35,079 bases of DNA. Origin: an uncultured Eubacteriales bacterium (GTDB lineage: Bacteria > Bacillota > Clostridia > Christensenellales > DTU072). A program made the translations under genes and the position numbers. Below are positions 32,415 through 35,079 of this stretch, piece after piece. How positions within the stretch are numbered: position 1 is the first letter of the stretch; the number at the start of each line of letters is the position of its first letter. The stretch is from NCBI GenBank assembly GCA_902766965.1, contig CACXFJ010000118.1, forward strand, positions 1-35,079, written 5' to 3'. The notes under the pieces were generated by a model, which was not told where the DNA came from, made no database searches, and saw nothing but the letters and a program-made list of their open reading frames with translations.

Positions 32415-35063
32415 ATGAAAAAAGGGGTATTTCAAATAGTGACGTTAGCTGTGTTCGTGATACTTCTGAGTGTGACGCTATGCGCGTGTTCGCTACTCGG
32501 TAGCGGTTCCAAAGATAAAGACAAAGACGGAAATGTCGATAAAAAACTATCCGGAATATTCCCGACGACGGAAACGCCTAAATGGAGTTCGGCGTCCGGT
32601 GAAATTTTCGAATACAGAGAAGAATCCGACGCAGATACGGGCAGTCAAAAAATTATAGTCACCGGATTGAAGAAAAAGACGGAAAAACAAGTAGTGATAC
32701 CCGACGGCGTAAACGAGATAGCCGAAAATGCTTTCACCGGGTGTAATAATATTATAAGTCTTGTAATATCGGATACCGTGACGAGTATAGGAAGAGCCGC
32801 ATTCTACGAGTGTACGGGACTCATCGGAGTGTCCGTAGGCAAGAACGTATCGAATATAGGCGACGAAGCCTTCGGCGGATGTTATAAGCTCGTTGAAGTA
32901 TATAATAAGTCGTCCCTCGATATTATGGCAAGAAGCGGAGATAACGGAAATATAGGGTATTACGCGAAGAACGTGTATGACAAAGCGGACCTAACGAGAC
33001 TTGACGTAGACGATAACAATTATATAAGTTATATAGACGGCGACAAAAAGACTCTTATGGGGTACTCCGGCACGCAGACCGAACTTGCTTTGCCCGACGG
33101 AGTGACCGATATCTATCATTACGCATTTGCTTTCAATGGTTCCGTCAAGAAAGTGACTATGAGTAAGGACGTTATTATGACGGGAGACGGTGTGTTTACC
33201 GGTTGCACCGCTCTTAAATACGTAGAGTTCAGCGGAAAAATAAAGAAAATCAGCCGCGGCGCATTCTATGGGTGTACCGCCCTTAACGGCATAGCGATAC
33301 CGGAGACCGTGACGAGCGTCGGCGAATATGCTTTCGCTTTATGTACCTCTCTGACGAGAGTTATTGTCGGAACAAACGTAAAGAAAATAGAGGAAGCCGC
33401 TTTTTATAATTGTTACAAACTCGTAGAGGTATATAACAAATCCTCTCTCGATATCAAGGCGGCAGCCGCAAGCGACAACGAGCCGAGCAGCGCGGTTGGC
33501 GATAACGTAGGTTACGGCGACATAGGAAAATACGTTAAATACGTGTACAAAGAAAGCGGCAAGAGCAGACTTGCTACCGACGAAAAAGGTTTTGTCGTTT
33601 ATGCCGACGGAATAAACAAGATACTCGTCAATTATATCGGAGAAGAAACCGCTCCCACTTTGCCGTCCGAAGTTACGGAAATAAACGATTACGCATTCTA
33701 CGATTGCGATAAGATTACCGAAATAAAGATTCCGAGCGGTGTGACGAGTATCGGGAAATCCGCCTTTTTAGGATGCGACGAACTTACCGAAGTAACCATT
33801 CCTGCCGAAACGACGAGCATAGGAAGAGACGGAATTTTAAGAGATTGTCCTAAATTAGCCAAGGTTTCACTTCCGACGTCGGCTATAAAGGCGTTGAACG
33901 GAGCAAGAGTAAAGAAAGTAGTCGTTACGAGCGGAGAGACGATACCGGAAATGGCATTTTCTGGACTGAAAGAAATGACGGAAATAATTCTCCCAGCCGG
34001 CTTGAAGGTCATAGGCGACGGGGCTTTTTACGGCTGTACCGGCTTGACCGACGTAATTATTCCCGATACCGTGACGGGCATAGGCGACGGGGCTTTTTAC
34101 GACTGTACCGGCTTGACCGACGTAATTATTCCCGATACCGTGATGGTCATAGGCTCCGCTGCGTTCGCAGGCTGTGAAGGAATGAAAGCCTTATATTATA
34201 AAGGGACGGCTGAACAGTGGAATAAAATAACGGTGTCAGGAGAAATCGGCACAGAAGCGAAACGTTACTTCTATTCGGAGACCGCTCCGACTAAAGAAGG
34301 AAATTATTGGCGCTACTTCGACGGTAAAGTTTTCGTTTGGGAAACGGTACACATTCATTCTTTCGGCGAATGGACGGAGAAGACGCCCGCTACCTGCGTG
34401 ACGGATAAAGTAGAACGCAGAGAGTGTCTCTCTTGCGGCGTGGAGCAGACGAGAACGGTAGAAAAAACCGCGTTGGGACACGAGTTGGAACGACACGAAG
34501 CGCAAGTGCCCACTTGCACCGAAGTAGGGTGGGACGAGTATGAAACCTGTACCCGTGGCGGGTGTGACTATACTACAAGAAAAGAAAAACCGGCATTGGG
34601 ACACGACTACGATGAGAACGATATTTGCAGAAGATGTAGAGAAGAAAAACAAACGGACGTGAGCAAGTTTACGTTTGAATACGATGCAGAACAAGGCGGA
34701 TATACCATTATAGGATATGCCGGAGAAGAAGCAGATGTAATTATTCCCAAAAAGTACAATGACGGAACGAATGGCGTAAAGGATGTCAAAGCGATAGCTA
34801 ATCATGTTTTCAATAACAAAGTTGGACTAATCAGTGTAAAAATTCTTGACAACGTGACGAGTATCGGTGCAAATGCGTTCAGTGGTTGCGTCAGTCTTAT
34901 AGACGTTCACTATAACGGAACGAAAGAACAATGGAACGAAATAACGAAAGCCGAAGATATAGGATTTAACGACGGAGTTACGAGGACGATTCATTGCACC
35001 GACGGAACTATAGTAATAGGCGACGTTAGCGGTGGCGGAAGCGAAGAAGCGGTAGGCGAATAA
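32415..35063 (+). CDS. BspA-like leucine-rich-repeat (LRR_5/TpLRR) surface lipoprotein with Cys/His-rich modules
   Basis: Signal peptide with lipobox-like LCAC; many IPxxVTxIGxxAFxxCxxL repeats; ATC..CxxC..ALGH modules; SD GGAGG. Confidence 0.9.
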   Translation: MKKGVFQIVTLAVFVILLSVTLCACSLLGSGSKDKDKDGNVDKKLSGIFPTTETPKWSSASGEIFEYREESDADTGSQKIIVTGLKKKTEKQVVIPDGVNEIAENAFTGCNNIISLVISDTVTSIGRAAFYECTGLIGVSVGKNVSNIGDEAFGGCYKLVEVYNKSSLDIMARSGDNGNIGYYAKNVYDKADLTRLDVDDNNYISYIDGDKKTLMGYSGTQTELALPDGVTDIYHYAFAFNGSVKKVTMSKDVIMTGDGVFTGCTALKYVEFSGKIKKISRGAFYGCTALNGIAIPETVTSVGEYAFALCTSLTRVIVGTNVKKIEEAAFYNCYKLVEVYNKSSLDIKAAAASDNEPSSAVGDNVGYGDIGKYVKYVYKESGKSRLATDEKGFVVYADGINKILVNYIGEETAPTLPSEVTEINDYAFYDCDKITEIKIPSGVTSIGKSAFLGCDELTEVTIPAETTSIGRDGILRDCPKLAKVSLPTSAIKALNGARVKKVVVTSGETIPEMAFSGLKEMTEIILPAGLKVIGDGAFYGCTGLTDVIIPDTVTGIGDGAFYDCTGLTDVIIPDTVMVIGSAAFAGCEGMKALYYKGTAEQWNKITVSGEIGTEAKRYFYSETAPTKEGNYWRYFDGKVFVWETVHIHSFGEWTEKTPATCVTDKVERRECLSCGVEQTRTVEKTALGHELERHEAQVPTCTEVGWDEYETCTRGGCDYTTRKEKPALGHDYDENDICRRCREEKQTDVSKFTFEYDAEQGGYTIIGYAGEEADVIIPKKYNDGTNGVKDVKAIANHVFNNKVGLISVKILDNVTSIGANAFSGCVSLIDVHYNGTKEQWNEITKAEDIGFNDGVTRTIHCTDGTIVIGDVSGGGSEEAVGE
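34010..34154 (+). repeat. Intragenic 69-bp tandem repeat (one LRR unit), 2 copies plus a partial third
   Basis: Units start at 34010 and 34079 and are 66/69 nt identical; a third CATAGGC starts at 34148. Confidence 0.92.
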
Positions 35064-35079
35064 CGCCGTCGATTGAATA

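Noticed and set aside
34010-34154. CRISPR-like or DGR-like repeat
   Set aside because: In-frame tandem LRR coding units with no spacers, no adenine-specific variation pattern, and no cas or reverse transcriptase gene in the window.

Overview
Chromosomal window from a Firmicute, most likely an uncultured, spore-forming Clostridia member (inferred from ylbJ, a SpoIIQ-like gene and sigma-A-type promoters). From left to right: a Tyr-rich lipoprotein; sua5-rpiB-upp; a complete 9-gene V/A-type ATPase operon with a Na+-binding K subunit; a RluA-family gene; an F1Fo operon with no separate atpH/atpI, whose alpha subunit carries an N-terminal delta C-domain; a YbhJ-like hydratase; a RsmD-CoaD fusion; sporulation genes; a DUF1858 gene, AEC transporter and Crp-Fnr regulator; cysK; metNIQ; an XRE regulator; and a BspA-like LRR lipoprotein. 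Most notable: (1) an unannotated 29-codon Met-rich leader peptide (MTNFGSTMAMDMIMRMTGVMCNFRVAEKS) followed by an intrinsic terminator upstream of metN, the layout of a ribosome-mediated methionine attenuator; (2) a circularly permuted MetQ in the same operon; (3) the delta-alpha fusion in the F-ATPase. I saw no rRNA, tRNA, CRISPR array or transposase. All calls come from reading motifs by eye; no searches were run.
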